From the NCBI RefSeq assembly GCF_001194135.2, contig NC_068989.1, positions 90,441,122 to 90,505,121 of the forward strand: 64,000 nt of DNA, in the 5' to 3' direction. The stretch is from Octopus bimaculoides. Lineage: Eukaryota. Below the pieces are notes generated by a model. It worked only from the letters and a program-made list of their open reading frames with translations. It had not been told where the DNA came from and ran no database searches. Position numbers and translations under genes: made by a program. Shown piece after piece: positions 1 to 12,592 of this stretch. Positions within the stretch are counted from its first letter, which is position 1. Every line of letters begins with the position of its first letter.

Positions 1-41
<41 letters not shown>

Positions 42-414
42 CATATATACATACACATATACATTTAGCATACAAATATGTTTGAAGGTATTTGATTTTT
101 GAAGGCTTTCTGTTCAGTGATAAACAGAGATGCACTCAAAAACCATTATTCTGATTTTCTTCACAGCCAGGACAGATTCATAGATTTATTGGTAAATAAT
201 TAATTGGCTTGCTAGCTTGCTGGCTTGCTAGCTTGCTGGCTTGTTGACAAGCTGGGTAGAACTGTAAGCTATGTTTTTAGAGACAATGAAGTCCATGTTA
301 AGTCAATGATGATAATGATGATGATATTGATGCCAACCAAGATCATGATGAATGTGATAATGGTTGGAGAACCGCAAGTACTTTATGCTCTGTTCCGTTG
401 ACTAGATTCTGTAT

Positions 415-750
415 GATGGGCACATCACCTATGTTTACAAAGTCAGAAAACAGCACAGCTCCCATGATTTTCGGAAACATTTTTGTCACGCTAAGAGTTG
501 CTGAAGCATGGAACAAACTGCCAGCGTCAGTTGTCAGTTGTCAGAGCACAGCGTCCTTCAAAACTGCCATGCTTCCTGAGATTCGCCAACACTACACCTG
601 ATTTTCTTCCCTCCATACACACACAAGCATGGATCTGACTCATACACTGTTCACTTTCCAGACATCTGTACATTACTGCATATGCTTTATGCACACTTTT
701 GACAAGTTGTTGTGCACCTGAGCACTGTATACAATAATTTCATTATATTA
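415..750 (+). mobile_element. CR1/L2-group LINE, 3' end (RT C-terminus plus 3' UTR), decayed
   Basis: Translates to ...FVTLRVAEAWNKLPASVVSCQSTASFK; ends gcacctgagcactgtatacaataatttcattatatta; homologous to the copy at 835-1390. Confidence 0.75.
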
Positions 751-834
751 TTAGTTAGCATGTCACACTCATTATCACCAGATCATGGGTTCGATTCCTG
801 GACCAGACAGCGTGTTTTGTTCTTGAGGAAAACG

Positions 835-1390
835 TTTGTACCAGCAGTCTGGAACCCCTATCGTGCTCAGGACATTGACCTCCTGGAAACTGTTCAGAGA
901 CGTGCAACCAAGCAAATACCCTCCATCAGGCATCTGCCAAACTCTGAGCCTCTTGAAGCTCCGACGTCTGGCAACTGACTTGGTACTTGGTAAACACCCA
1001 CAAAATTATTAACTATTGCATCAACAACCACTTTGAGCACCTTTTTGAGCTCCATGTGTCTAACACATGTAGGCATGGCTACAAAGTCAGGAAACAGCAC
1101 AGCTCCCATGACTTTCAGAAACATTTTTTTTCACACTCAGAGTTACTGAAGCATGGAACAAACTACCTGCATCAGTTGTTAGTTGCTGAGACATTGCATC
1201 CTTTAAAACCTCAATGCCACCTGAAATTCATCAACACTACACCTGATATCCCACCTCCATATGTATGCACACATGTATATCATGAATCATACACTGTTCA
1301 CTTTCCTGACTTTTGTACATAATTCTATGCACCTTTGATGAGTTGTAGGGCACCTGAGCACTGTACACAATAATTTCATTATTACTATTT
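835..1390 (+). mobile_element. CR1-group LINE 3' fragment, frameshifted
   Basis: FVPAVWNPYRAQDIDLLETVQRRATKQIP matches the conserved CR1 RT C-terminal motif (WNPY..DI..LE.VQRRATK); same 3' terminus as 415-750 with an (att)n tail. Confidence 0.85.
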
Positions 1391-2479
1391 TATCTTTATT
1401 TCATTTCATGTTGCTCTAGTGCTGTATGGGGACCAGCATGTCAGACAATAGACCCAACATGTCTTCTGCATGTCATAAAAAGGGGCTAAAAAACCCCATA
1501 AAAGCCCTCACCACAAAAGACTACCTGAACAGATACACGGGTTGGAGGGCTGTTGTCATAGGGATGCAAAGGTATCGTCTGCCAAGTGTAGAAGGGAGTC
1601 GCCAACAAATAGTGGATGCAACAATGCACTGTTACAGTGTACCCCCTCTCCATACCACCACCACCACCCTGTACACAGCATCTTGTACACAGCATCCTGT
1701 ACACAACACCCTGTACACATCATCCTGTACAAGCCAGTCCTCTACTCCTAGCTTCTTCAGCAACCGCCAGATCTCCAAATAAGGAGCTGTCAGGTGAATA
1801 TAGTCTTTCACCACCAACTCAGTAGATGTGCACTGAAAGTACGATTTTAAGTATTTGGGTAAAACAAATAACAACTGTGATGTGCTTCAGGTCATCAAGT
1901 TGTCCTCTCGATTACTCCTCGCCTCTCTTCTAAAATGAAGCCCCTCCATGGCAAGAAGCCTATTCTGCTCTGTCCCCTTCTCACATACTTGCACTCATCT
2001 TTTGTCCCTCATCTCCTAGCATATAGTCTCCACCACCACCGCCACTGCCGCCTGCATCACCAGTGTTTGTAGATTTGCAACCTGCATGGAGGCCACACCA
2101 GTGTTGGTGGCACTAAAAATGCATTCGGTACATTCAGTACACACACATGTGCTGGAATATACATGTACAGATAGAAAGAGTGAGCGAGAGAGAGGGAGAG
2201 AGAGAGATAAAGACATTTCAATTCACTAATTGAATATAACTGACATAAACATGGTCCCCTCTCTTCAGATATATGAAAAGAAATATGTCCACACACATAA
2301 ATACGGGGAGGGAAAGGAGAAAGAGAGAAACATTAAAATGCCTGATGTCAAATAAATCAGCATCGAATCAATAACACGAAATAGGCAGCACCAAAACGAT
2401 TGTACGGAAACATCTCACATCCACCAATCTGAATCATTACACCTCCCAAAATGATAAAAAAAAAAGGTGTTTTACATAC

Positions 2480-2568
2480 CTTACACAGATCGTATATGTT
2501 CAGTTTATATGGGTTCTGAAAATCATCTTTCTTCTTTGTCAGTTCAGTATAGAAAGATTTTTTAGCTT
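2480..2568 (-). CDS. Candidate internal coding exon (89 nt), product unknown
   Basis: On the minus strand: acceptor cgtcttttacag|, donor tgtaag|gtatgt. One open frame reads AKKSFYTELTKKKDDFQNPYKLNIYDLCK and the other two frames contain stops. The sequence does not resemble any repeat in the window. Confidence 0.45.
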
Positions 2569-2901
2569 CTGTAAAAGACGATCACTTAATTACAAATAAA
2601 ATATTTTCCAAATAGAAATCGATCTCATGTAGAATTGCCCAACTTTGACAGATATTTTGCATAAGAGAAATTTCTTCTGTTAAATGTCAAGAAAGCTCAA
2701 TTTAGTACAAGTAAGGTGATCAAGATAAATGTGGTTTTGTATTGGGACCTGAATGTTACCTGTCTGTCACATGAACTGTGAGGCAAATATATCTTCTAGC
2801 AATTGCTTTAACACAGATGCTCAACTGATTCAAACTACTAACATATAATCAAATAACGAAATATCAGACGGTAAACATTCAGATTACCTTATCAAATCAT
2901 C

Positions 2902-2933
<32 letters not shown>

Positions 2934-3119
2934 CATCATCATCACCATCATCATCATTTAACTTCGTTTTCCATGCTGGCATTACTCTTAAACTTTAACA
3001 ACAAACTTTTATATGAACCCCCAGGGGCCACAGAGATCCCCAAGGGACCCTGGTTAGGTCCTGGTCTAACTTGAAAAATTGTCCTTACTATCCTTTCTTC
3101 TCCACTCCATCACTCATCA

Positions 3120-3490
3120 TCATCATCATCATCATTTAACGTCTGTTGTCCATGCTGGCATGGGTTGGATGGTTTGACCAGAGCTTGTAAGCTGAAAGGT
3201 CGTGCCAGACCCCAGTCTGATTTGGCATGGTTTCCTACAGCTGGATGATCTTCCTAACACCAACCAGTCTGAGAGTGTAATGGGTGCTTTTATGTGCCAC
3301 CAGCATGGGTGCCATTTGTGTGACTCAAGTATCTGCCATGACTGTGATTTTGCTCGGCTTGATGGGTCCTTTTATCAAGCACGACATAGTGCCAAAGGTC
3401 CCAGCCTTTGCTTCCGTGAGGCCCTCGCTTGAAAGGAACTCTGTCACTTTGCCTCCGTGAGGCCAAACACTTGAAAGGAGCTTAGCCACT
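3120..3490 (-). mobile_element. RTE LINE 3' end / RTE-tail short element
   Basis: (cat)n-ttaacgtc...ccatgctggcatgggttgga motif, the same terminus seen on the RTE whose coding part is at 40518-40830. Confidence 0.7.
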
Positions 3491-3713
3491 GTTTTTTTCT
3501 CCCTTTCTTTTTCTATTCCATTGCCTTACACAAACACTTCCCTTTTCTCTCGACAAACTCATTTTTACATCACACCGAATTTGTATATACTTTGCTCCAT
3601 CCACAAATAATACTAAATTAAGTTGGCAAACAAGCTGAAACTTCAAAGTCACTATCTACACTTTTCTTATAAAAATAAATATATATATACATATCTATTA
3701 TGTAGACATATAT

Positions 3714-4189
3714 TTAACCCATTAGTATTTAAACTGGCCATATCTTATGTCTTTATTGCCCACAAGGGGCTAAACATAGAGGAGACAAACAAGGACAGAT
3801 AAAGGGATTAAGTCGATTACATCGACCCCAGTGTGTAACTGGTACTTAATTTATTGACTCTGAAAGGATGAAAGGCAAAGTTGACCTTGGCGGAATTTGA
3901 ACTCAAAACGTAGCCACAGATGAAATACCGCTAAGCATTTTGCCCGGCATGCTGACGTTTCTGCCAACTTGCCGTCTGGCCATATCTAGCCATATCTGGC
4001 CCAAATATTCTACTTTTAAGTTTAAACTAAGCAGATCCAGCCTCTCACGCCCACCCTACGATGTCATTCTTAAAATAAACAATTGCATCATAAAAATCTC
4101 AAAGCTATGAGATAATCCATGATTAATTCAAAACAATGTGAATAAATAAGGATTACATTTGACAGAGTAATCTGAATTTTAAAGGATAA
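3714..4189. mobile_element. piggyBac-like MITE interrupted by a SINE
   Basis: Ends ttaacccatt... and ...aaaggataa, degenerate TTAA-CCC/GGG-TTAA termini; the body is split by the SINE at 3746-3976. Confidence 0.5.
3746..3976 (-). mobile_element. tRNA-derived SINE, family A (Meta/MESC-like core), with TSD
   Basis: Core gtcgactttgcctttcatcc (reverse complement); 11-bp TSD tggccatatct at 3735-3745 and 3977-3987. Confidence 0.85.
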
Positions 4190-4331
4190 AATATGGGGTT
4201 GTCAGATAAATTCATTTGCTTTTTTTCTATTTATTTTAATGCTTTAAAATGTTATTCAAATTAACATCATAATTAGTGTTACATGTATGTTTTTTTATTC
4301 ATCGTTCAATTCTTCCTCTCCAACTTATGTT

Positions 4332-4697
4332 TATTACCTCCGCCTTAGCGAAGGTGGAGGTATTCTTTTCAGTTGTGTTTGTTAATCTGTGGACAAGATA
4401 TCTCAAGAACCGCCAAATGGATTCAGATGAAACTTTCAGGGATGTTTGGCCTCGTGACTGTCACAGACTGATTAGATTTTTGAGATCGATCCAGTACTGG
4501 GCAAGGATTCTGGATTATTTTTCCATTTTTTAAATTTAATTTTTGAGAGCAGTTGGGTTCATTTTTAGTATTCTCGTTTGGGAGAGCATTCAAGTTTATT
4601 TCAGATATTCTCATTTAAAAAATCATCTCTGGCTAATCGTTGAGAGGACGTTGGTGTTGCTTTGGCAGAGGTTTGCACTCCTCTGAGTAATCATGTT
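4332..4697 (+). mobile_element. Helentron-type non-autonomous element (HINE/DINE-like)
   Basis: 5' palindrome acctccgccttagcgaaggtggaggt, 3' subterminal inverted copy ttggcagaggt, terminal ctctgagt..gtt; second copy at 51409-51750. Confidence 0.65.
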
Positions 4698-5237
4698 GAT
4701 TTTGAATTTGAATAAATTTGGCATTTTTTCAGACATATGGTGATGGAGTGCCGAGTAGAAAAAAAATAAATATGAACAAATTTATCTGACAAACCAATAC
4801 ATGTAAAAAGATACGTTCATATGTAGATACATATATAAACACACAGAAGTATGAAATAATTTTTAGTTTTGATTTTTTTTTTTTGGTGGGGTGGAGACAA
4901 TGTATTTTGAAGTAAATACAGGTACAAATGATAGAATGTAAATATTTATTTCTTTATGGTCTATAGGGGGCTAAACANNNNNNNNNNNNNNNNNNNNNNN
5001 NNNNNNNNNNNNNNNNNNNNNNNNNNNNNNNNNNNNNNNNNNNNNNNNNNNNNNNNNNNNNNNNNNNNNNNNNNNNNNNNNNNNNNNNNNNNNNNNNNNN
5101 NNNNNNNNNNNNNNNNNNNNNNNNNNNNNNNNNNNNNNNNNNNNNNNNNNNNNNNNNNNNNNNNNNNNNNNNNNNNNNNNNNNNNNNNNNNNNNNNNNNN
5201 NNNNNNNNTTTTGGTGGGGACAAACACAGACACACAA

Positions 5238-5296
<59 letters not shown>

Positions 5297-5297
5297 T

Positions 5298-5455
5298 ACG
5301 ACGGGCTTCTTTTAGTTTCCATCTACCAAATCTACTCACAAGGCTTTGGTCAGCCCGAGGCTATAGTAGAAGACACTTGCCCAAGGTGCCACGCAGTGGG
5401 ACTGAACCAGGAACCATGTGGTTGGTAAGCAAGCTACTTACCACACACCCACTCC
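5298..5455 (-). mobile_element. tRNA-derived SINE, family B head (CORE-like)
   Basis: Reverse complement of ...ggttccxggttcagtcccactgcgtggcaccttgggcaagtgtcttctactatagcc...gaagcccgtcg. Confidence 0.8.
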
Positions 5456-5936
5456 TGCACCTTACAATCAAAGCACACAGATAATTCATGTATGCATTTA
5501 TGTGTGTGTGTGTGTATGTGAGTGTTCGTACATGTGTGTGTGTGGGTGTGCGTATGTGCATGCGTGCATGTATATATATATGGATGAATGTGTGTTAGTG
5601 TATACGTGTACAAAAATATGGCACCGGAAAATAATTATTAGGAAAACAAGGAAAATTAAGTGAAATCAAATCAACTGAAGACTTTTAAAACTCTAAATTG
5701 TCAAAAAAAAAAAAAAGAACAGAAAAAGGAATGGAGTATTAAGAACAACACTTACTGCTGCGTTTGTTCCTGAGAATTATTGTCACAATGATTATTGCCA
5801 GAATGCTCCAAGACCAAAATTGGTTTACAGACAGAATATCATTCATTACATTGTCCATGATCTGTTTAAGTTGCAGCTGTTTCCAATACGATGACATAAC
5901 AGACATGACTGGCAATAGAAAGTAATTAACAATGTT

Positions 5937-5957
5937 ACATCATCGTCATCATCATCG

Positions 5958-5992
<35 letters not shown>

Positions 5993-6005
5993 GTCATCAT
6001 CATCG

Positions 6006-6043
<38 letters not shown>

Positions 6044-6044
6044 G

Positions 6045-6085
<41 letters not shown>

Positions 6086-6098
6086 GTCATCATCATCG

Positions 6099-6145
<47 letters not shown>

Positions 6146-6190
6146 GTCGTCGTCATCATCATCATCGTCGTCGTTATCGTTGTCGTTGTC
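5937..6190. repeat. Long (CAT/CGT)n microsatellite
   Basis: About 250 bp of cat/cgt triplets, which produce the spurious poly-H, poly-D and poly-M ORFs. Confidence 0.97.
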
Positions 6191-6673
6191 GTCGTCGTCG
6201 TCGTCATTACAACCATTATGACTACCACCGTAGTCGTTGTTGTTGTCATCACCACTTCTGCCGTCACCGCTGCCACCATCACTGCCCTCACCACCGTCGC
6301 CACTACCACTGCCGCCGCTGCTATCACCCACCATCCACCATCACCACCATCAGCATTGTCATCGTAGTTGCTCTCATCGTCATTATCATAATCACGACCA
6401 TAATTATCGTCACCCCCACCGCTGCCGTCCCCAGCACCTCCATCATCGCTGTTGCCGTTCTCCTGCTCCTCCTTTTCTTCCTCCTCCTCTTCCTCTTCCT
6501 CATCATTATTCTATATCCTTAGCATCTTAATCGTAGTCGTCGTCACTAACGACTTCCCTTTATAATTTAATCAATGCCAACATCAGCATGATGAAATTAA
6601 TTTAGCAATATTTTATCACCACCACCACCACCACCACCACCACCACCACCACTACCAGCACCATCACCATCAC

Positions 6674-6704
<31 letters not shown>

Positions 6705-6993
6705 GTCGTTGTCGTCGTCATCATCATCTTAACAGCACCATCATCTTACCATTGTCAGCCCATAGTCCTCTTCGTTAGCATAACCGTCATTGTGATTATG
6801 ATAATCATCATCATCCTTGTTGTTATTATCCTCAACATCTCCATCATCGTTATCGTAACGATATCTTCATCATCACATCATTTACCTGGTATCATATCCA
6901 ACTCGGTAATCATAACCGTCTTAACAATCACAAGTGTTGTAATTGTCAGTCAAACCATCCAACCCGTGCCAGCATGGAAAGCAGACGTTAAAC

Positions 6994-7024
<31 letters not shown>

Positions 7025-7216
7025 ATCCTCAACATCATCTTTATCACCACTGCCATTGCCAGCATCATCATCATCAACGTCATCATTGTTATCATTGTTG
7101 TTGTAATCATTGTCATCATCACAAATGTCATTGTCATCCTGTTTTGAGTTTCTCTGTCTTCTTCAAATCTGATGCAATCTAATACAAGTTCTATATTTAA
7201 GAGATGAGGAATTATG

Positions 7217-7496
7217 TACATTATTTACATTATTTACATTTGATGGATATTTGTCCTCATCTTGTTTGTTGTTAACACAACGTTTCGGCTGATATACCCT
7301 CCAGCCTTCATCAGGTATTCTGGGGAAATTTCGAACCTGGGTTCTCATTCCTAAGGTATTTTTCAATGTTATTATTATTATGATTATTATTATTATTATT
7401 ATTATTATTATAATTATTCAGGTCACTGCTTGGAATCGAACTCGGAATCTTGGGGCTAGTGGCCTGCGCTCTTAACCACTACACCACATACCCGTG
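7217..7496 (-). mobile_element. tRNA-headed short element with hammerhead-like tail (left arm of an inverted dimer)
   Basis: Minus strand shows A-box tggtgtagtgg, B-box agttcgattcc, an (aat)n linker, then ...CTGATGAaggctg...cagccGAAAC...; it is the inverted copy of 7513-7838. Confidence 0.75.
7274..7320 (-). ncRNA. Minimal type I hammerhead-ribozyme motif (Penelope-type variant)
   Basis: gaatac CTGATGA a ggctg gagggtatat cagcc GAAA cgtt gtgtt: intact core, stem II ggctg/cagcc, stem I aatac/gtgtt (one G-U pair), palindromic AACGTT in place of stem III. Confidence 0.6.
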
Positions 7497-7512
7497 CTCT
7501 TAACCACTATGC

Positions 7513-7838
7513 CACGGGTATGTGGTGTAGTGGTTAAGAGCACGGGCTGCTAACCCCAAGATTCCTAGTTTGATTCCAAGCAGGTGACCTGAATAATAAT
7601 AATAATAATAACAACAACAACAACCTCACAGCAGCAGCAGCAAAGACAACAACAACAACACAACACCACCACCACCACCACCATCACAGCAGCAGCAACA
7701 ACAGCAGCAACAACAACAACAACATTGAAAAATACCTTAGGAATGAGAACCCAAGTTTGAAATTTCCTCAAGACACCTGATTTAGGTTTGGAGAGTATAT
7801 CAGCCGAAATGTTGTGTTAGCAACAAACAGATTGAGGA
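7513..7838 (+). mobile_element. tRNA-headed short element (right arm), hammerhead core degenerate
   Basis: A-box 7523-7533, B-box-like agtttgattcc 7567-7577, (aat)n/(aac)n/(cag)n linker, tail gacacCTGATTT...cagccGAAAtgttgtgtt. Confidence 0.7.
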
Positions 7839-8625
7839 TAATGATGCAATCTAGATTTGCAACAATACCGTATGAGAAGAAAAGTTATATTTCCACGTAT
7901 CATTAATGGAAATTTCAAAATCAATCATAAAACTCCCAATGAATCCCAACTGAACAATTTCGCTAACTTTAAAACTTGCCCTGGGCCAATCAAAGCCTTG
8001 TGAGGGGGAGATGGTTGACAGAAACTGAAAGAAGCCCATTCAGTTTTCCATCTACCAAATCCACTCACAACTCACAAGTTTTTGGTTGGCTAAGGGGTTT
8101 AGTGGAAACTTACTGGAAGCGCTGCACAGTGGGACCGAAACCCAAGATGGAGTGATTTTTACCAATTTAAATTTATTCATATAATAATAGTCATTTATAG
8201 TTTGTTTTGTTGTATGTTTGGACTAAAATAGATGGGTAACCTTTTGTTCATCGGGCAGGTTAAGACAAACTGAGTTGAATACTCTGTTAATAACGGAGGG
8301 TGACATATTAGTCATCATTCTTTCATCGGATGTGATTTAAAGGAAGGCTTTCTTTGCACAAGTCAGACAATGCAGCAAAAATGTCCACTGCTTTTCATCT
8401 CTACTCTCCAAATATTTTCAAATCCCACAATGCTTTTCTATCACTTCAGAACATCAGACAATATTGGCATCAAAGAATATGGTTTTTTTTTTTTTTTATT
8501 GTAATTTATAAAGGAAAACAATTTTTATTTTTATTTTTCACTTTACTAATAATCTCAAGCCAATTAGAGAGCTTGAGAAATGGTGAGCAGTGGGGGGGGG
8601 GAACAGAGATAGAAAAACAGAGTGC

Positions 8626-8663
<38 letters not shown>

Positions 8664-8849
8664 AGGAGAAGGAGGGAGATGGATGAGAGAGAGAGAGAGA
8701 AAAGAATCATGCTAATAGAAGAGAGAGAAAGACAGGTAAAAACAGTGAGAGACAGAGAGCAAATAAATTGAGAAAGACAAAGAGAGAGGGGAAGAGGAGA
8801 GAGAGAGAGGAGGAGGAGAGAGAAAGGAAGAGATTATAAAGAGACTGAC

Positions 8850-8904
<55 letters not shown>

Positions 8905-8975
8905 NNNNNNNNNNATTTCTATGAGAAATAGAAAAGAAGAAGACTTCTTTATAAATTACACACAAATTGCCCACA

Positions 8976-9024
<49 letters not shown>

Positions 9025-9104
9025 TTGGCTATATGTTCTTTATACAGAAGACACGCTTGGAAAATTTTCATATGTGTGTTTCCCTGGTTATCATTATCAT
9101 CATC

Positions 9105-9660
9105 ATCATCGTCGTTGTTTAATGTCCGCTTTCCATGCCGGCATGGGTTGGACGGTTTGAGTGGGGACTGGTGAGCCAGATGGTTGCACCAGGCTCAATC
9201 TGATCTGGCAAAGTTTTTACAGCTGGATGCCCTTCCTAATACCAACCACTCTGAGAGTGTAGAAGGTGCTTTTACGTGCCACTGGCACAAGGGCCAGTCA
9301 GGCGGTTCTGACAACGACCATACTCAAAAGGTGTTTTTTATGTGCTACCTGCATGGGAGCCAGTCTGGCAGCACTGGCAATGACCACGCTCGAATGATGT
9401 TTTTCACAAGCCACTGGCACATGTGTCAGTAAGGCGATGCTAGCAACAATCACACTCGAATGGTGCTTTTTATGTGCCACCGGCACAGGAACCAATCCGT
9501 GGCCCTGGCAACGATCACTCTCAGATGTGCTTTTAACGTTTCACTGGCATGAGTGCCAATCAGACGGTACTGTCATCGGCCATGTCAGCGATTTTGATTT
9601 TGATTTTGATTTCACTTGCCTCACTCGGTCTTCGCAAGCAAAGTTCATTGTCCATTGAAT
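9105..9660 (-). mobile_element. RTE 3' UTR with an internal ~65-bp tandem array
   Basis: RTE terminus motif followed by five diverged ~62-66-bp units starting near 9265, 9330, 9396, 9462 and 9524. Confidence 0.7.
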
Positions 9661-9963
9661 GAGGGGTATTCATCGGTATTCAATGGAGAGGATATGTAAG
9701 GTAATTTTGACAGTTAAATATAACCTTATACAGAAATGTTGACATAGGAATAAACTTCAATAATAATGGATATCAGCGTCAAAACTCTCTTTTACAGTTT
9801 AAACTTGATATATAACCAAGGAGATCGATCCTTAAGGAGTTTACTTTAGACCTTTGGGGAGAAATCTCTTGCTATATTGGTAGCGATTAGATGTTTATCT
9901 CATCAACACATTGTAGAGATATCATCATATGAACAAATATATATATATATATATATGTATATA

Positions 9964-10183
9964 TATGACGGGGTGCTGAAAAGTTCTTGGCTTTGGATAA
10001 AAGAAAAACAGGAGAATCAGTTAATTATGATTTTATTCAACATATTCCCCTCTCAAATTCACACACTTATTGGGACAGTCCTTCTTTTTTTCCAAGCCTT
10101 CTAAAAGAACTCTGAAGTTTGGGCCTTCAACCAGGCCTTTCGCGAAACCCTTAAAGCCAGGAACTTTCCAGCACTCCTTCGTA
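9964..10183. mobile_element. Mariner-type MITE
   Basis: TIRs gacggggtgctgaaaagttcttggctt and aagccaggaactttccagcactccttcgta, embedded in TA-rich flanks. Confidence 0.75.
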
Positions 10184-10497
10184 TATATTTATGTGTATGT
10201 ATGTATGTATGTATGTATGTATGCTTGCATGCATGCATGCATGTATGTATGTATGTATGTATGCATGTATGTATGTATGCATGTATGTATGTATGTATGT
10301 TTGGATGTATGGCCGGATGGATGGATGGATATACTTGTATATGTATATGAAAGCTTGTGTGTGCGTGCGTGCGAGCGTGTGTGTGTGTTGAAAGCACGAA
10401 TCGACTCCAGGTTCTAATTTTAACACCATCTTTTTGTTGAACCGCTAAGTCGCAGGAACGTAAACAAATCAACACTGGTTGTCAAGCGGTGTTGGAG

Positions 10498-10553
<56 letters not shown>

Positions 10554-11765
10554 TTATATTATATACACACTCACGCATGCACGTACACACATATAAACAT
10601 GCATAAATGTAAGGTATACACGTTGCATTATTTAGGCATAACGAAACACAACCGAGTAAAGAGATAAATTAGCTTTAAAGTGTTTTTCTCTCTTTTTCCT
10701 GTAAAGAAATACTCGCTAAAATAACTGAAAATAATGACTCTCGTATAACACAGAAAATATGAATGAAAAGTTAAGTATTTCATTGGAAATACTTCAATTT
10801 TCATTCAAATTTTCCCAGACAAATTAGTATCTGATATTAATAATAGTGAATTTCCGACATCAGAAGTCCGATGTCCGTAGCTTGTAATGTTAACTTACGA
10901 CATGCATTATAGTCTTTCATTTCGGGACAAATAATCAGAAATAGAATAAATATTTGCTATGAGATAAAGATACGTGACCTTGGGATACTTTAAACGAAAT
11001 CTGTGGACGGAGAAAATGTTTGAAGTTAGAAGAAATCTGTGTGATTCAATCAATGTGTTAATGGCAGACGGGACTGTTTGGTTAAAAATGGTTGAATAGC
11101 AGACGACAGTTGTGTGGGATAGATAGAGAGGGAGATAGATAGGGAGGGAGAAAGACTAGAAAGAGAGAAAAAGAGAAAGGGGATGGAGATATAGAAGGAG
11201 GGAGAGTGATATATACATATAAAGGGAGAGATTGATAGATAGATAGATAGATAGAGAGAGAGGGAGAAAGAATAGAAAGAGAGAAAAAGAGAAAGGGGAT
11301 AGAGAGATATAAATACATATAAAGGGAGAGATTGATAGATAGACAGATATATATATATATATATATATAGATAGATAGATAGATAGATACAGAGAGAGAG
11401 AAAAAAAGAATAGAGTAAAGGTTAGAAGGATAAACAGGGACAGTTAACATAGAGTAGGACAAATAGATATAAATATAGACATAGATGCAAACGCACACAC
11501 AGATACACATATACATACACAACATATGCATACACATACTCACGCTCTCTCTCTGTCTCTCTCTCCTCTCTCACACGAACACATTTGTGTGTCTGGCTAT
11601 CTCTATAGCTGTATGTACGTATCAAAGTATGTGTACATACACATATACACATATATTATATAATATATACATGCATGCACACACACACACACACACAATG
11701 ACTAATATGAAACATCATTAATGTCTGTACCAGGTGGTGCTATTTAGTAGGTATCAAAGTGTATG

Positions 11766-11819
<54 letters not shown>

Positions 11820-11847
11820 CATATATATATATATATATATACATATA

Positions 11848-12055
11848 CATCATCATCGTTTAACGTCCGCTTTCCATGCTAGCATGGGTTGGACGGTTCG
11901 ACTGGGTCTGGGAAGCCAGGAGGCTGCACCAGGCTCCAATCTGATCTGGCAGTGTTTCTACACCTGGATGCCCTTCCTAACGCCAAGCCAACCACTCCAT
12001 GAGTGTAGTGGGTGCTTTTTACGTGCCACCGGCACAGGGGCCAGACGAGGCTGGC
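11848..12055 (-). mobile_element. RTE 3' end, truncated by a gap
   Basis: catcatcgtttaacgtccgctttccatgctagcatgggttggacg motif. Confidence 0.75.
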
Positions 12056-12378
12056 ATATATNNNNNNNNNNNNNNNNNNNNNNNNNNNNNNNNNNNNNNN
12101 NNNNNNNNNNNNNNNNNNNNNNNNNNNNNNNNNNNNNNNNNNNNNNNNNNNNNNNNNNNNNNNNNNNNNNNNNNNNNNNNNNNNNNNNNNNNNNNNNNNN
12201 NNNNNNNNNNNNNNNNNNNNNNNNNNNNNNNNNNNNNNNNNNNNNNNNNNNNNNNNNNNNNNNNNNNNNNNNNNNNNNNNNNNNNNNNNNNNNNNNNNNN
12301 NNNNNNNNNNNNNNNNNNNNNNNNNNNNNNNNNNNNNNNNNNNNNNNNNNNNNNNNNNNNNNNNNNNNNNNNNNNNNN

Positions 12379-12592
12379 TTTAGGGTTAGGGTTAGGGTTA
12401 GGGTTCGGGTTTAGGGTTAGGGTTAGGGTTACGATTAGGGTTTTAGGGTTAGGGTTTTAGGGTTAAGGTTTTAGGGTTAGGGTTATGGAATTCAGTCCCT
12501 AACCCTAACCGTAACCGTAACCCTAAACCCTAACCCTAACCCTAAAACTAACCCTAAAACCCTAACCCTGACCCTAAAACCCTAACCCTAAC
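12379..12592. repeat. Inverted telomere-like arrays (TTAGGG)n - spacer - (CCCTAA)n
   Basis: Degenerate TTAGGG/TTTTAGGG units at 12379-12484, 12-bp spacer atggaattcagt, CCCTAA/CCCTAAAA units at 12497-12592; the left end abuts a gap. Confidence 0.9.

Noticed and set aside
1426-2010. Coding gene or classifiable LINE
   Set aside because: Only isolated hints (an FKYLG motif near 1845-1860) amid stops; probably an old TE remnant but not supportable.
5846-6530. Long poly-His, poly-Asp and poly-Met ORFs
   Set aside because: These are translations of a (CAT/CGT)n microsatellite with no splice or protein context.
7513-7590. Functional tRNA gene
   Set aside because: It has A/B boxes but no convincing acceptor stem, and it is attached to a repeat tail, so it is a SINE head.
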